NCBI GenBank assembly: GCA_965648905.1
Contig: CBFGIT010000003.1
Location: forward strand, 93,844 to 157,843
Source of the DNA: a candidate division WOR-3 bacterium
GTDB lineage: Bacteria; Hydrothermota; Tepidihabitantia; Tepidihabitantales; Tepidihabitantaceae
DNA: 64,000 nucleotides
Reading direction: 5' to 3'
Under the pieces are notes generated by a model, which had not been told where the DNA came from, made no database searches, and worked only from the letters and a program-made list of their open reading frames with translations. Every line of letters begins with the position of its first letter. Position 1 is the stretch's first letter. Below, in pieces: positions 1-9,078 of this stretch. The position numbers and the translations under genes are program-made.

Positions 1-1472
1 TCTACGACCGAGACTGTACCCGAAGTGTTGTTGGCGCAGTAGACCGCGCGTTCAGTCTCATTGGCGACGAGGGCGGTTGGTTTGCCGCCGACCGGAATAC
101 GGGCAACGACTGTGTCGGCCGACCCGGCGATGACCGTGACTTGGTTGTCGGTTGCGCAGGCGGCATAGACCTTATCCATGCCGAGCGCGAGCGCGGTCGG
201 ATTGACCCCGGTGCGGACCGTCGCAAGGACACGGTTGTCTTCGCCGCTGATGACCGAAACCGTGCTGCTCCACTGGTTGGCCGAGTAGACTTTGTTCTGT
301 TCGGCGTGCCAGACGACCGCTCCGGGCCAGCATCCGAGCGGGACCGTCGAGCGCACCGCGCTGGTCGCCGCATCAATGACTGTCACGTCGCAACTGTGCC
401 AGTTGACGCAGTAGACCCGACCCGCACCTGGGTCACAGGCAATCGTCCAGGGATAGTCGCCGGCCAGAACCGTGGCGATGACCGAATCGGTTCTGGTGTC
501 AATCACCGACACACTGCCCGCACTCTGATTGGCACAGAAGACCCGGCTCGTGGTCGAATCAAAGCACAGGGCGACCGGTCGGTCCCCAACCCGCACCGTG
601 GCGAGCACGCTGTCGCCGAGCGCGTCAATCACGGTTACATCGTCGGTGTTCATGTTGGCGCAGTAGACCTTGCCGGCCGGGCCGGGAATGAGTGCCCGGG
701 GCGTGTTGCCGACCGGTAGAGTCGCGACCACGGTGTTGGTCAGCGCGTTGATGACCGTGACCGAGTTGTCGAGCGCATTGGCACAGTAGACCCGGTCGCC
801 GGCCGCGTCACAGCAGAGCAGCCGCGGGGTCAGGCCGACCGGAATCGTGGCCAGGACCGTATCGGCTCTGGCGTCCACTACCGTTACCGTGTTGTCTGTC
901 TCGTTCGCGACATATATCCGATTCAGCCTGCTGTTGCCGGCGACAAAGCAGGGTCGAGCGCCGGTCCGGACCGTGCCGAGCAAGGTGTTGGTCACGCCGT
1001 CAATCACGCTCAGACGGCCCGCAGTGTACATCGCGCAGTAGACTTTGTTCCCGGTCGCGTTGACGGCCAGAGCACAGGCCGACCAGCCGATACTGATATC
1101 CGCAAGGACCTCAAAGGTCGCGCCGTCAATCACGGTGAGCAGGTTGTCGTAGTAGTTGGCGCAGTAGACCTTGTTGGCGGCCGGGTTGTAAGCCGCGTCA
1201 ATCGTGAAGTAGCCGGAGCGCACCAAGGCGAGCTTGTCGCCCCGGATGCCGTCAAAGACGATGGTGCGCTCGCCTTCCTGGCCACTGACAAAGACCGCAT
1301 TGTTGGCGGTATTGACCGCGATTGCCCGCGGACTCAGGAGCCCGCCGAACGAGTCGGGCAACGTGATGGTTGTCTCAAGGAACTGGGCCGACCCGACCGA
1401 GACCGCAAACCACCACGCGGCCAACCGAACGGTGACCACCAAAGCTTCAGGAGCGGACCGGCACCAGGGCAT
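1..1472 (-). CDS. YVTN/YncE-family beta-propeller repeat protein, secreted (3' end outside window)
   Basis: Not in the ORF track. Manual translation from ATG 1472 gives ...SAQFLETTITLPDSFGG..., then repeated 'NKVYCAN...VTVID...VLATIPVG..P' units, open to the window edge. Start position uncertain. Confidence 0.85.
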   Translation of the reverse strand, partial: MPWCRSAPEALVVTVRLAAWWFAVSVGSAQFLETTITLPDSFGGLLSPRAIAVNTANNAVFVSGQEGERTIVFDGIRGDKLALVRSGYFTIDAAYNPAANKVYCANYYDNLLTVIDGATFEVLADISIGWSACALAVNATGNKVYCAMYTAGRLSVIDGVTNTLLGTVRTGARPCFVAGNSRLNRIYVANETDNTVTVVDARADTVLATIPVGLTPRLLCCDAAGDRVYCANALDNSVTVINALTNTVVATLPVGNTPRALIPGPAGKVYCANMNTDDVTVIDALGDSVLATVRVGDRPVALCFDSTTSRVFCANQSAGSVSVIDTRTDSVIATVLAGDYPWTIACDPGAGRVYCVNWHSCDVTVIDAATSAVRSTVPLGCWPGAVVWHAEQNKVYSANQWSSTVSVISGEDNRVLATVRTGVNPTALALGMDKVYAACATDNQVTVIAGSADTVVARIPVGGKPTALVANETERAVYCANNTSGTVSVV

Positions 1473-1480
1473 CACGCCAA

Positions 1481-1517
1481 GAGCGGGCGGGGACAGAACG
1501 CAACATCCCGCCCGCTC
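1481..1517 (-). terminator. GC-rich hairpin after the redoxin gene (terminator or stabiliser; no U-tract)
   Basis: Perfect 11-bp inverted repeat GAGCGGGCGGG (1481-1491) / CCCGCCCGCTC (1507-1517), 12 nt after the stop codon. Confidence 0.5.
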
Positions 1518-1529
1518 AGTTCATGAGTC

Positions 1530-2297
1530 CTATCTCAGGACTGAGGTTGTCACGCGACTGGTCACGGCTCCGCGTGTCAGTTCGTAGATGTACAGGCCGC
1601 TGGCAACCGGTTGGCCTGAGTCGTCAGCAAGGTCCCACTGGACCGTGTTCGCTCCGGCCGGCATTGTGCCCGTAACCAGGGTCCGTACCAGCCGGCCTGC
1701 GGCCGAGCAAACGCGCAGACTGACCGGCCCGGCCTGGGGCAGCACAAACCGCACCGCACTCGCGTGGGTAGCCGGATTGGCTCGGGCCAGCGCCAGCCCG
1801 AGCGGAACGGGTGGCTCCGGCTCAGCAACGCTGACCAGATAGGGCTCGATCCAGGACCGGATGACGTACTCGTCAAATCCTTCCATGCCACCGACCACAA
1901 TCATTGCCGTGTCAATCACGTAGTTCAGCGGAATGTAGCCGTTGATGCGATACTGGTTCCAGGCTGTGCCGTTGTCACCAAAGAATGGGAAGCTGAACTG
2001 ACGGGCGTAGTAGCGAACCGTGGTCATGTCGTCCCAAGCGTTGATTGCCATCGGCAGGAACCCCTGGTCGCGGTAGTCGTCGTACATCGCCTGGACTCGC
2101 GGTAACTCCGCGAGGCAGCCCTGTCAGCCCGAATACCAGAAGAACAGTTGAATTGTCAGACCTTGGTAGGAAGAGAGATAGTGGTAGTTGCCGGCCGTAT
2201 CCGGAATGTAGAAGTCCGGGGCCGGGTCGCCCGGGTTGGGCCCGGCAAGAAGCAAGACCGGAGAAAGGACAAGGAGTGCGAGCAGCTTGTCGCGCAT
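1530..2297 (-). CDS. Secreted AhpC/TSA/TlpA-like redoxin selenoprotein (UxxC) with FlgD-Ig/T9SS-type C-terminal domain
   Basis: ORFs 2124-2306 and 1530-2087 share a frame. The junction reads FFWYSG-TGA-QGCLAELPRVQAMYDDY, i.e. U-Q-G-C at the CxxC position. Also GDPAPDF and IPLNYVID redoxin motifs, a signal peptide, and SD AGGAGG before ATG 2297. Confidence 0.9.
2096..2114 (-). promoter_or_regulatory. Putative bacterial SECIS element
   Basis: mRNA CUCGCGG-AGUUA-CCGCGAG: perfect 7-bp stem starting 9 nt after the in-frame UGA (2124-2126), with a G in the loop. Confidence 0.75.
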
Positions 2298-2352
2298 TAC
2301 GACCACCTCCTGGGTGTCGCTTGTTACCTGACGGACAGTGCCTCGACGCCTA

Positions 2353-2380
2353 ATTGTAGCGATGCCCGCTGCTCAGTCAA
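2353..2380 (-). promoter_or_regulatory. Sigma70-like promoter of the redoxin gene
   Basis: TTGACT-16 nt-TACAAT. Confidence 0.65.
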
Positions 2381-2384
2381 TCAA

Positions 2385-3740
2385 CTAGGGCACGACGGCA
2401 AGTTTCTGTGTGATTGAACAGCCGGCGCGGTCGAGTCGAATCAGGTAGACCCCGGGCAGCATGGCCCGGAGGTCCAGTTGCAGGGATGACGCCAGAATGT
2501 CGCTCGACGACTGCCGGACGCATCGGCCTGAGGCATCGAAGATGCTGACCTTCACCGGGCCACCGGCGGGCTCGTCGAGACCGGTCATTCTTAACGTGAC
2601 AAGACCGGCTCGCGTCGGGCTGGGGCAGTGAGCCGCGCGGCCGGGTCCCGGCCTCGGCCCGAACTCGCTCGAGCCGACCGGCGGTCCCAGCCGTGCCCGG
2701 AACACCGCGCCCGACGGACCAGTCGTGGCGTAGATGAAACTGGTGTCGCCGGTCCGCACCTCGAGTAGTCGGAAGACGGTGCTTGCGCCCGGGAGCCGGC
2801 CCTCACTGGTCCAGGTAATGCCGGTATCAGCCGATGAGAAGACCTCGCCGTTCGGCGTGGTTCCAGCATAGAGGCGGCCATCGCCCGCCCAGAGCAGTGA
2901 GCGGACACCGGTTGTCGTGCCGAGACTGCCGTAACCGACTTGGTACCACGTTGTTCCTGAGTTTGAACTCGTGAACACGCGCCCGATGTTCTCCTGCGGC
3001 GCGGTCTTGGGATACGTCCCGCAGAAGATGAGCCCGGCCGGTCCCTGCACCAGGGTCGTCGCTCGGCCTGAGTCGAACATCGTGTCGGTCTCGGTCCAGG
3101 TCAGGCCGTCGTCGGTTGAGCGGTACACGAGCCGGCGTTGAGCAGCCCAGGTGCCGACATAGAGGTTACCGTCGGCAGCGGCGAGCAGGCAATACTCCGA
3201 GATTGGCGAGTACTGGGTCTGACGGACACCATTCTGCCACGTTGTACCCCGGTCGGTCGAGTAGACCGGCACGGCTGAAGAGTGAAACGAGAGCCAGTCT
3301 ATGCCCGCAACGAGCCCGAGGTCCGGCCGCTCAAGCAGCGCCCAGACCGAAGACGCGCTAACCGGAGTAGGTATCGTACCGAGCACGGACCAGGTTGCAC
3401 CATGGTCGTCTGACCGGTACACGCGGGGCTGCCATTGGCTGCCGTTCCAGGAGCTGCTGCCGGCAAAGATGGTATCACCCGCGCCGCTGACCAGTACGAA
3501 GACGCCAGGCTGGTCGCCCGGCAGGTCGGAGCGTTCCCAATTGACGAAGTCCGATGAGACAAAGACCGTGCCACTATCCAGGCCACCGGTATCAATCGTC
3601 GCCCCGGCATAGAGTCGACCGCCCTGGTCTTGGACAAGGTCGAAGACAAACTTGGCTCGGGCAAGCTGACCGGTGGCGCTCCAGTCAAGTGCCCTGGTGA
3701 CCGCCGCGAGCAGAACCATGATGGTTAGACATCTGATCAC
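2385..3740 (-). CDS. Secreted BNR/Asp-box beta-propeller protein with T9SS-type C-terminal domain
   Basis: Signal peptide; repeated SxDxGxTW Asp-boxes; C-terminal IFDASGRCV...PGVYLIRL...KLAVV. Confidence 0.85.
   Translation of the reverse strand: MIRCLTIMVLLAAVTRALDWSATGQLARAKFVFDLVQDQGGRLYAGATIDTGGLDSGTVFVSSDFVNWERSDLPGDQPGVFVLVSGAGDTIFAGSSSWNGSQWQPRVYRSDDHGATWSVLGTIPTPVSASSVWALLERPDLGLVAGIDWLSFHSSAVPVYSTDRGTTWQNGVRQTQYSPISEYCLLAAADGNLYVGTWAAQRRLVYRSTDDGLTWTETDTMFDSGRATTLVQGPAGLIFCGTYPKTAPQENIGRVFTSSNSGTTWYQVGYGSLGTTTGVRSLLWAGDGRLYAGTTPNGEVFSSADTGITWTSEGRLPGASTVFRLLEVRTGDTSFIYATTGPSGAVFRARLGPPVGSSEFGPRPGPGRAAHCPSPTRAGLVTLRMTGLDEPAGGPVKVSIFDASGRCVRQSSSDILASSLQLDLRAMLPGVYLIRLDRAGCSITQKLAVVP
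2413..2561. repeat. 149-bp direct repeat copy 1 (C-terminal sorting domain)
   Basis: Matches 3781-3929 with 6 mismatches, all synonymous. Confidence 0.9.
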
Positions 3741-3752
3741 AGGACCTCCCTA

Positions 3753-5327
3753 TCAGTTCTGAATCACGAGTTTCCCTGCCATTGAACAGCCGGCCCGGTC
3801 GAGTCGAATCAGGTAGACCCCGGGCAGCATGGCCCGGAGGTCCAGTTGCAGGGATGACGCCAGAATGTCGCTCGACGACTGCCGGACGCACCGACCCGAA
3901 GCATCAAAGATGCTGACCTTCACCGGGCCGCAAGACCACTCACCACTCATCCCGAGCACGACAAAGCCTGCCCGTGCCGGGCTGGGGCAGAAGATAGACC
4001 CGTTACCTGCCGCAGGCCTGGGCGTGAATGGACGCTCAGCCAAGCCGACGACAGCAACTTGAGGATAGTGGAAGCCCATGTCAAGCTGCTCCTGGTCCGG
4101 GACCGAGTCGGTACGCGTGGTCCACGAACGGAGCAGGGAGTCAAGGTTCAGAGGCCAGGTCCAGAGCAGCGTGTCGCCTGCGTCCACGCAGGGACTTGTG
4201 GCGGGCTGGCCTGCTCCGGTGTGGCTCAGGTAGTAGGAGCCGAGTGTGCCTGAGGCAAACAGCGGGTCGAGCGAGATGTCGCCTGGCCCGGGCGCACAGC
4301 CCGAGTAGTTGCCGCCCGGGTTGTTCCAGACGTCGTTGCAGACGAGATAAGGGAATCCATTGTAGTTGTAGACTCCGCCGCCGCCCGCGGCCGCATTCTG
4401 AACGATGATGTTGTTCTTGATGAGTGCGGAATCCTGGTAGTCCACGAAGATGCCGCCGCCGTTGGCCCAGGTTCCACCCTGGCAGGCGTTGCCGACAATC
4501 GTGTTGTTGATAATCGCCGCAGTACCTGAAACCTTGATGCCGGCGCCATAGTTCCAGAGCCCGCTCCGGTTCCGGTTGTTGACTATCAGGTTGTTGAAAA
4601 TGAGGGCCCGGGCCTGAGTCTCAACGTGAATGCCGGCGCCGTGGCCCCGGTCGCCGAGCGTGTCGAGGTTGTTCATGATGACGTTCTGGTAGATGAACGG
4701 GCTTGACCGCAAGCCGCAGTAGATCCCTGCGCCGTAGTTCCAGTACCCTTCAGCGCAGACATTGGCGGCAATCAGGTTGTAGCAGATTTCCGCGGTCGAG
4801 TTCATGTCGAGGTAGATGCCTGCGCCGTAGTTCCAGGTGTTGGTGTCGGAGCAGACGTTGGCGCTGATTTCGTTGCGGGTGATGAGCGGGCTGGCGTAGG
4901 AGCCGCACAGGATACCGCCACCGTAGTTCCGCTCGCCGTGCGCCTCGTTGCCGCAAATGCGGTTGCCGACAATCGAGGGTGAACCCGGGCAGTAGATGCC
5001 TGCGGCTGACGACGCCTTGCCGCCGCTGATTTCAAAGCCTCGAATCTCGGTGGCACGGGTCAGCCCCGAGCCCATGGTAATCACTCGGCCGTTGCCGCCG
5101 CCGCTGATGACCGTTGAGTCCGGCCCGGCCTGTGAGTACAGCTTGATGCCGTCCGTGCCCGGCCAGGTAATATTCTCTTCATAGCGACCCGGTCTGGCCA
5201 GCACCGTATCACCGGTGCGTGCCATACCTAAGCCCACGCTGATGGTTGCGGCTGAGTCGGGCACGATAATGACCCGTGCCCCGGCCCCAGCCGCCACGAT
5301 AACCAGCAACAGAACGATTCGATTCAC
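3753..5327 (-). CDS. Secreted right-handed parallel beta-helix protein with T9SS-type C-terminal domain
   Basis: Signal peptide; GDTVLARPGRYEENI; repeated N-x-I-x-x-N...YGAGIY units; SPCVDAGD; C-terminal sorting domain. Confidence 0.85.
   Translation of the reverse strand: MNRIVLLLVIVAAGAGARVIIVPDSAATISVGLGMARTGDTVLARPGRYEENITWPGTDGIKLYSQAGPDSTVISGGGNGRVITMGSGLTRATEIRGFEISGGKASSAAGIYCPGSPSIVGNRICGNEAHGERNYGGGILCGSYASPLITRNEISANVCSDTNTWNYGAGIYLDMNSTAEICYNLIAANVCAEGYWNYGAGIYCGLRSSPFIYQNVIMNNLDTLGDRGHGAGIHVETQARALIFNNLIVNNRNRSGLWNYGAGIKVSGTAAIINNTIVGNACQGGTWANGGGIFVDYQDSALIKNNIIVQNAAAGGGGVYNYNGFPYLVCNDVWNNPGGNYSGCAPGPGDISLDPLFASGTLGSYYLSHTGAGQPATSPCVDAGDTLLWTWPLNLDSLLRSWTTRTDSVPDQEQLDMGFHYPQVAVVGLAERPFTPRPAAGNGSIFCPSPARAGFVVLGMSGEWSCGPVKVSIFDASGRCVRQSSSDILASSLQLDLRAMLPGVYLIRLDRAGCSMAGKLVIQN
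3781..3929. repeat. 149-bp direct repeat copy 2
   Basis: Matches 2413-2561. Confidence 0.9.
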
Positions 5328-5372
5328 AATGCCTCCTTACAGTATTTCGAACTTCTCAGCGGCCCGGGCCGG

Positions 5373-5855
5373 TTACTGCTTGTACCCGATACGACGGAGA
5401 AAAGCCCGGCGCTCAGCCTGGTCTGATTCGGTCTCAACGCCCTTGGGTTGCTCGCCATCAATCACGCCCATGATGCCCCGGCCTTTGCCGTCATCAGCAA
5501 TGACGACCGAGACCGGATTGGCCGTGGCACAGAAAACCGAGCATACCTCCTGCAGGTTCTTGAGCTGAGGCAGGACGTTTATCGGGTACGCGCCGCGCAG
5601 GAGCAGCACGAAAACATGGCCGGCCCCGATTGAGCGGGCATTCTTCACCGCGAGCGCTTCAAGCTCAGGGTCAGTCCCCGAGTGCCGAACCAGACACGGA
5701 CCTGATGCCTCATTGAAGGCCAGGCCGAACCTGATGCCCGGCACGGTCGTGACCATCAGTTCGTGAATGTCCTCAACCGTCTTGATGAAATGGGTCTGGC
5801 CGATGATGACGTTGGCGTCGTCCGGCCGCTCGACCGCCACGCTCTCGAACTTCAC
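5373..5855 (-). CDS. Adenosine-specific kinase family protein (DUF355)
   Basis: NVIIGQTHFIKTVED, FGLAFNEASG, FCATANP, GRGIMGVIDG motifs. Confidence 0.9.
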   Translation of the reverse strand: MKFESVAVERPDDANVIIGQTHFIKTVEDIHELMVTTVPGIRFGLAFNEASGPCLVRHSGTDPELEALAVKNARSIGAGHVFVLLLRGAYPINVLPQLKNLQEVCSVFCATANPVSVVIADDGKGRGIMGVIDGEQPKGVETESDQAERRAFLRRIGYKQ

Positions 5856-5864
5856 GAGCCGCTC

Positions 5865-7301
5865 CTATCGGGCAACAAGGACCTTGCGGGTCTCGGAGTA
5901 GCCTGAGCTTTCAACCCGGTACAGGTAGGTCCCGGCCGGGACGTCCTGTCCGCCCTCGTCTTTGCCGTCCCAATGGGCTGCGAATCCAAGTCCGGGCGCA
6001 GGTGTCATGCTCAAACTGCGTACCAGCTCGCCCGAGGTATTGAAAACGTTGATTGTCGCCCGCTCGACTCTCGGATAGGAGAAGTAGAACGTGGTCGTAG
6101 TCCCGAACGGGTTGGGCGATGCCGTAAGCCCGAGCTGGCCGGGTAGCACGACGCCCGACTCACTCACGCCCACGCCCGAGACGTTGAACGTCACCATCGT
6201 GCTCTCGGGCGAGCAGACCGGCCAGGTGGTCCAGAACTCGATATCCCGGGCCAGCGAGAAGCTGTCCATTGCCCAGACATAGTAGTCCACCCTAGCCGGC
6301 GGCGTTACCGCGGGAATCGTGAAGTAGAAAGTATCACCCCGGGCCGAGTCCTCTGCGGTCGCAACCCAGGCGCCCGAGTTCACCCGGTAGCAGAGCGACT
6401 CAGCACCCCGGGCATGGTCGTCGGTGATGACCGACCAGACCGCATACGGGCCGGCAAAGGTTGTGTCCGGCCAGACCCGGGTATTGCTGAACGCGGGCGG
6501 AACCAGGTCCCAGTCCGGGACATAGCAGGACGAGAGTTGCATGAAGGTCTCGACGTTGATGAAGTCCGGGGAGGCGCCATTCTGACTCATTGCCGCGGCC
6601 ACGCCGTTTGCGCCGACAAAATGGCCGGGCACAACCCACTCGTAAATCCAGCGCCGGTCGTTCGTACCCAGGTTGTCGGTGAACACCATATTGTCACGGA
6701 TAACAAGACACGGCCAGTAGTACTCGCCCGACATCGGCACCTTGACCTTGCCCCTGGCCACAATCCGTTTGGTATGCTGTTCGACCGCCTGATACGGCAC
6801 GCCCGGGATGATTTCATACTGCCAAGAGACCGCGCTGATCCAGCCTGCGCCATAGTACATCGGCGTGGTGTAGACGTTACCGTCCGGCTGATAGTTGCCG
6901 ATGAAGCGGAAGGTCTGCTGGGTGAAGTCGATGCCGTCAATGTAGAGCCCAAACTCGTCCTTGTCCTCGTAAATCCACTGGACCGAGTTCGAGCCCAGGG
7001 TGTCGATTTCCATGATTGACGGCGCGGGTGGGTCGGTCGCCATCGACTCTGGCGCGGGCGGTCGGCCTTCGGTCGGCGAACGCAGGCCGACCCGGGCCCA
7101 CTGGCCGCCCGGATACTGGGTCAAGTTCCAGTGTTGACGCGTCGAGTCGAACGGCGTCCACATGAACAGGCTGCGGTTCTGCTGGAACCGGCCATAGGTA
7201 TCGATTTCGAGCGGGATTTCACCGCTTCCAATCATCAGATTGTGCGCCGGAAACGATGCCCCGAATCCGGCAAGGAACAGAAGGACTAAAGTCCGGTACA
7301 T
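5865..7301 (-). CDS. Secreted protein with FlgD-Ig/T9SS-type C-terminal domain
   Basis: Signal peptide; SPNPF...WDGKDEGGQDVPAGTYLYRV...KVLVAR. Confidence 0.85.
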   Translation of the reverse strand: MYRTLVLLFLAGFGASFPAHNLMIGSGEIPLEIDTYGRFQQNRSLFMWTPFDSTRQHWNLTQYPGGQWARVGLRSPTEGRPPAPESMATDPPAPSIMEIDTLGSNSVQWIYEDKDEFGLYIDGIDFTQQTFRFIGNYQPDGNVYTTPMYYGAGWISAVSWQYEIIPGVPYQAVEQHTKRIVARGKVKVPMSGEYYWPCLVIRDNMVFTDNLGTNDRRWIYEWVVPGHFVGANGVAAAMSQNGASPDFINVETFMQLSSCYVPDWDLVPPAFSNTRVWPDTTFAGPYAVWSVITDDHARGAESLCYRVNSGAWVATAEDSARGDTFYFTIPAVTPPARVDYYVWAMDSFSLARDIEFWTTWPVCSPESTMVTFNVSGVGVSESGVVLPGQLGLTASPNPFGTTTTFYFSYPRVERATINVFNTSGELVRSLSMTPAPGLGFAAHWDGKDEGGQDVPAGTYLYRVESSGYSETRKVLVAR

Positions 7302-7329
7302 AAGACCTCCGGGCTGGTTGCTTCAGGTT

Positions 7330-7397
7330 ATTCTAGGCAATCGACGGCCCGGGTCAAGGCCGGTTTCGCTTGACAGGCCCCAACGAACGGCTACTAT
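7330..7397. promoter_or_regulatory. Back-to-back divergent sigma70-like promoters
   Basis: Minus strand TTGACC(7357-7352)-16-TAGAAT(7335-7330); plus strand TTGACA(7370-7375)-16-TACTAT(7392-7397). Confidence 0.65.
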
Positions 7398-7428
7398 CCA
7401 GACCAGCAACGTAACCAAAGGAGGTTCG

Positions 7429-9072
7429 GTGAGATACGTTGTCCTTACCCTGGTCATGTGTGGCCTGGCAGGGGCGTACACGACCAGCTCGTTCCGCAGT
7501 CAGGCGACCGCCGGGCTGTGGAGCGATGACTATGACCTGCTGTTCGAGCCGGCGCGAATCCCGCTCATCGCCGGCAGCCGGGTGTATACCGGGCTGTCTA
7601 ACCTGGTCACCGGCCAGGAAGAACAGTTCGGAAGCCGAACCGACAACTTCTACTTTGTCGGCGGCTCAACCGGGCTCGGCGCGTTCCATCCCGGCCTCGT
7701 GTTCGACCGCTTTGCTGCCCGGATTCCGCAGTTCACCGGCATTACCCGCGAGTACGGTGACTCGCTGTTCGGCTCGGCGCAACTGGTCGAGACCGAACTC
7801 GAAGACCTGGATTCCAACGGGACCTACGACTACAAGCGCGTCGATGTCACCAGGGTCGAAGCCTGGGACGAAGACGCTCAGACCGACTACTATCTCGGGC
7901 TCGGCCTCAAGGCCGGCTCGCTCCGGCTCGGCGCCGGCTTTGCCCGAGCCGATAGAGAGACCGAGAACTGGAACCCGTGGGCAAACCGGGTCTGGGAGCG
8001 ACGAGACACGAATCTTGTCGACTCCCGGCTGGTTTTCTGGGAAAAGGACAGCGGCCGCGGTTCTGCGCGGTCGAGCGTCGCCGACAACCGCATCATCGCC
8101 AACGCCTGGTACGACCTGGAGTTCGTCCGGGTCGGACTCCTGGCCGACTTCTCACTATTGGGTACGAAGTACGGCTATGACGGACACCGGCAGCGCAAGG
8201 TTGACCGCAGTCCGGCTGACCCGCTGATTGCCGACTACGTCAACGAGCGTGTCACCGACACGGTAGCCCTGCCGTTCTCGGGCAACCGGATGTCGGCAAC
8301 GCTCTCTCTCTTCTACGTGCCGAGCGAGCAACTGGAGAGCCGGTTCTACCTCTCGGCCGCGAGCCGAAGCAGCTCAGCCGCGTCCGATGCAGCCGGGCTC
8401 TACGCGTACCTGGCCGACAGCGTGACCCGACCCGGCAAGGACACGGTATGCGACTCATCGCTTGTCCGGTACTCAGGCAAACAGGCCGGCACAAACCTGA
8501 GCTTGAGCACCCGCCAGCTTATCACCGTGACCCCGGCGTTCCGGTTCGGCTTTGGGCTTGGGTTCTCGACCGAGACCGCAAACGACTCCCTGGTCGGTGC
8601 GTGGACTGAGCGTTCCTTCGCCGCCCACAACAACGGCGACACCATTGCCGGCCGCGAGGACTGGCGCCGCCGGATCTGGTCTTCTGAGCAATGGCTCGAC
8701 CAGATCACCTCGAGCACGAACACCATCAGCTTGCCGGTCGGGCTTGAGTATCGGGTCATTCCCGCGGTCGCATTGCGCCTGGGCTTCAGCCACTTCATCA
8801 CCTGGAGCGACCGGACCTGGGTCGAGCAACTGGTCGGCTCGTCACCCGAGCTTACCCGAATCGACTACGGCGACGGCTCCTACTTCGAGTACTTAGGCTC
8901 GGCCGAAACCACACCCGGCCAATCCGAAACCCAGCGCCGCACCACCCACACGACCCGCTACACCTATGGCATCGGGTTCAACCCGATTGACAACCTGCAG
9001 ATTGACTTGATGGGCTTTGCCCGGCTGACCGACCTCACCAACTGGCGACTGTCGGCCACGCTCAAGTTCTGA
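7429..9072 (+). CDS. Putative outer-membrane beta-barrel protein
   Basis: SD AAGGAGG then GTG 7429; signal peptide; alternating beta-strand pattern; C-terminal WRLSATLKF with terminal Phe. Confidence 0.75.
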   Translation: MRYVVLTLVMCGLAGAYTTSSFRSQATAGLWSDDYDLLFEPARIPLIAGSRVYTGLSNLVTGQEEQFGSRTDNFYFVGGSTGLGAFHPGLVFDRFAARIPQFTGITREYGDSLFGSAQLVETELEDLDSNGTYDYKRVDVTRVEAWDEDAQTDYYLGLGLKAGSLRLGAGFARADRETENWNPWANRVWERRDTNLVDSRLVFWEKDSGRGSARSSVADNRIIANAWYDLEFVRVGLLADFSLLGTKYGYDGHRQRKVDRSPADPLIADYVNERVTDTVALPFSGNRMSATLSLFYVPSEQLESRFYLSAASRSSSAASDAAGLYAYLADSVTRPGKDTVCDSSLVRYSGKQAGTNLSLSTRQLITVTPAFRFGFGLGFSTETANDSLVGAWTERSFAAHNNGDTIAGREDWRRRIWSSEQWLDQITSSTNTISLPVGLEYRVIPAVALRLGFSHFITWSDRTWVEQLVGSSPELTRIDYGDGSYFEYLGSAETTPGQSETQRRTTHTTRYTYGIGFNPIDNLQIDLMGFARLTDLTNWRLSATLKF

Positions 9073-9078
9073 GGAGGA

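Noticed and set aside
2413..3929. 149-bp repeat pair as a diversity-generating retroelement TR/VR
   Set aside because: Differences are synonymous and not adenine-specific, both copies are coding, and there is no reverse transcriptase in the window.
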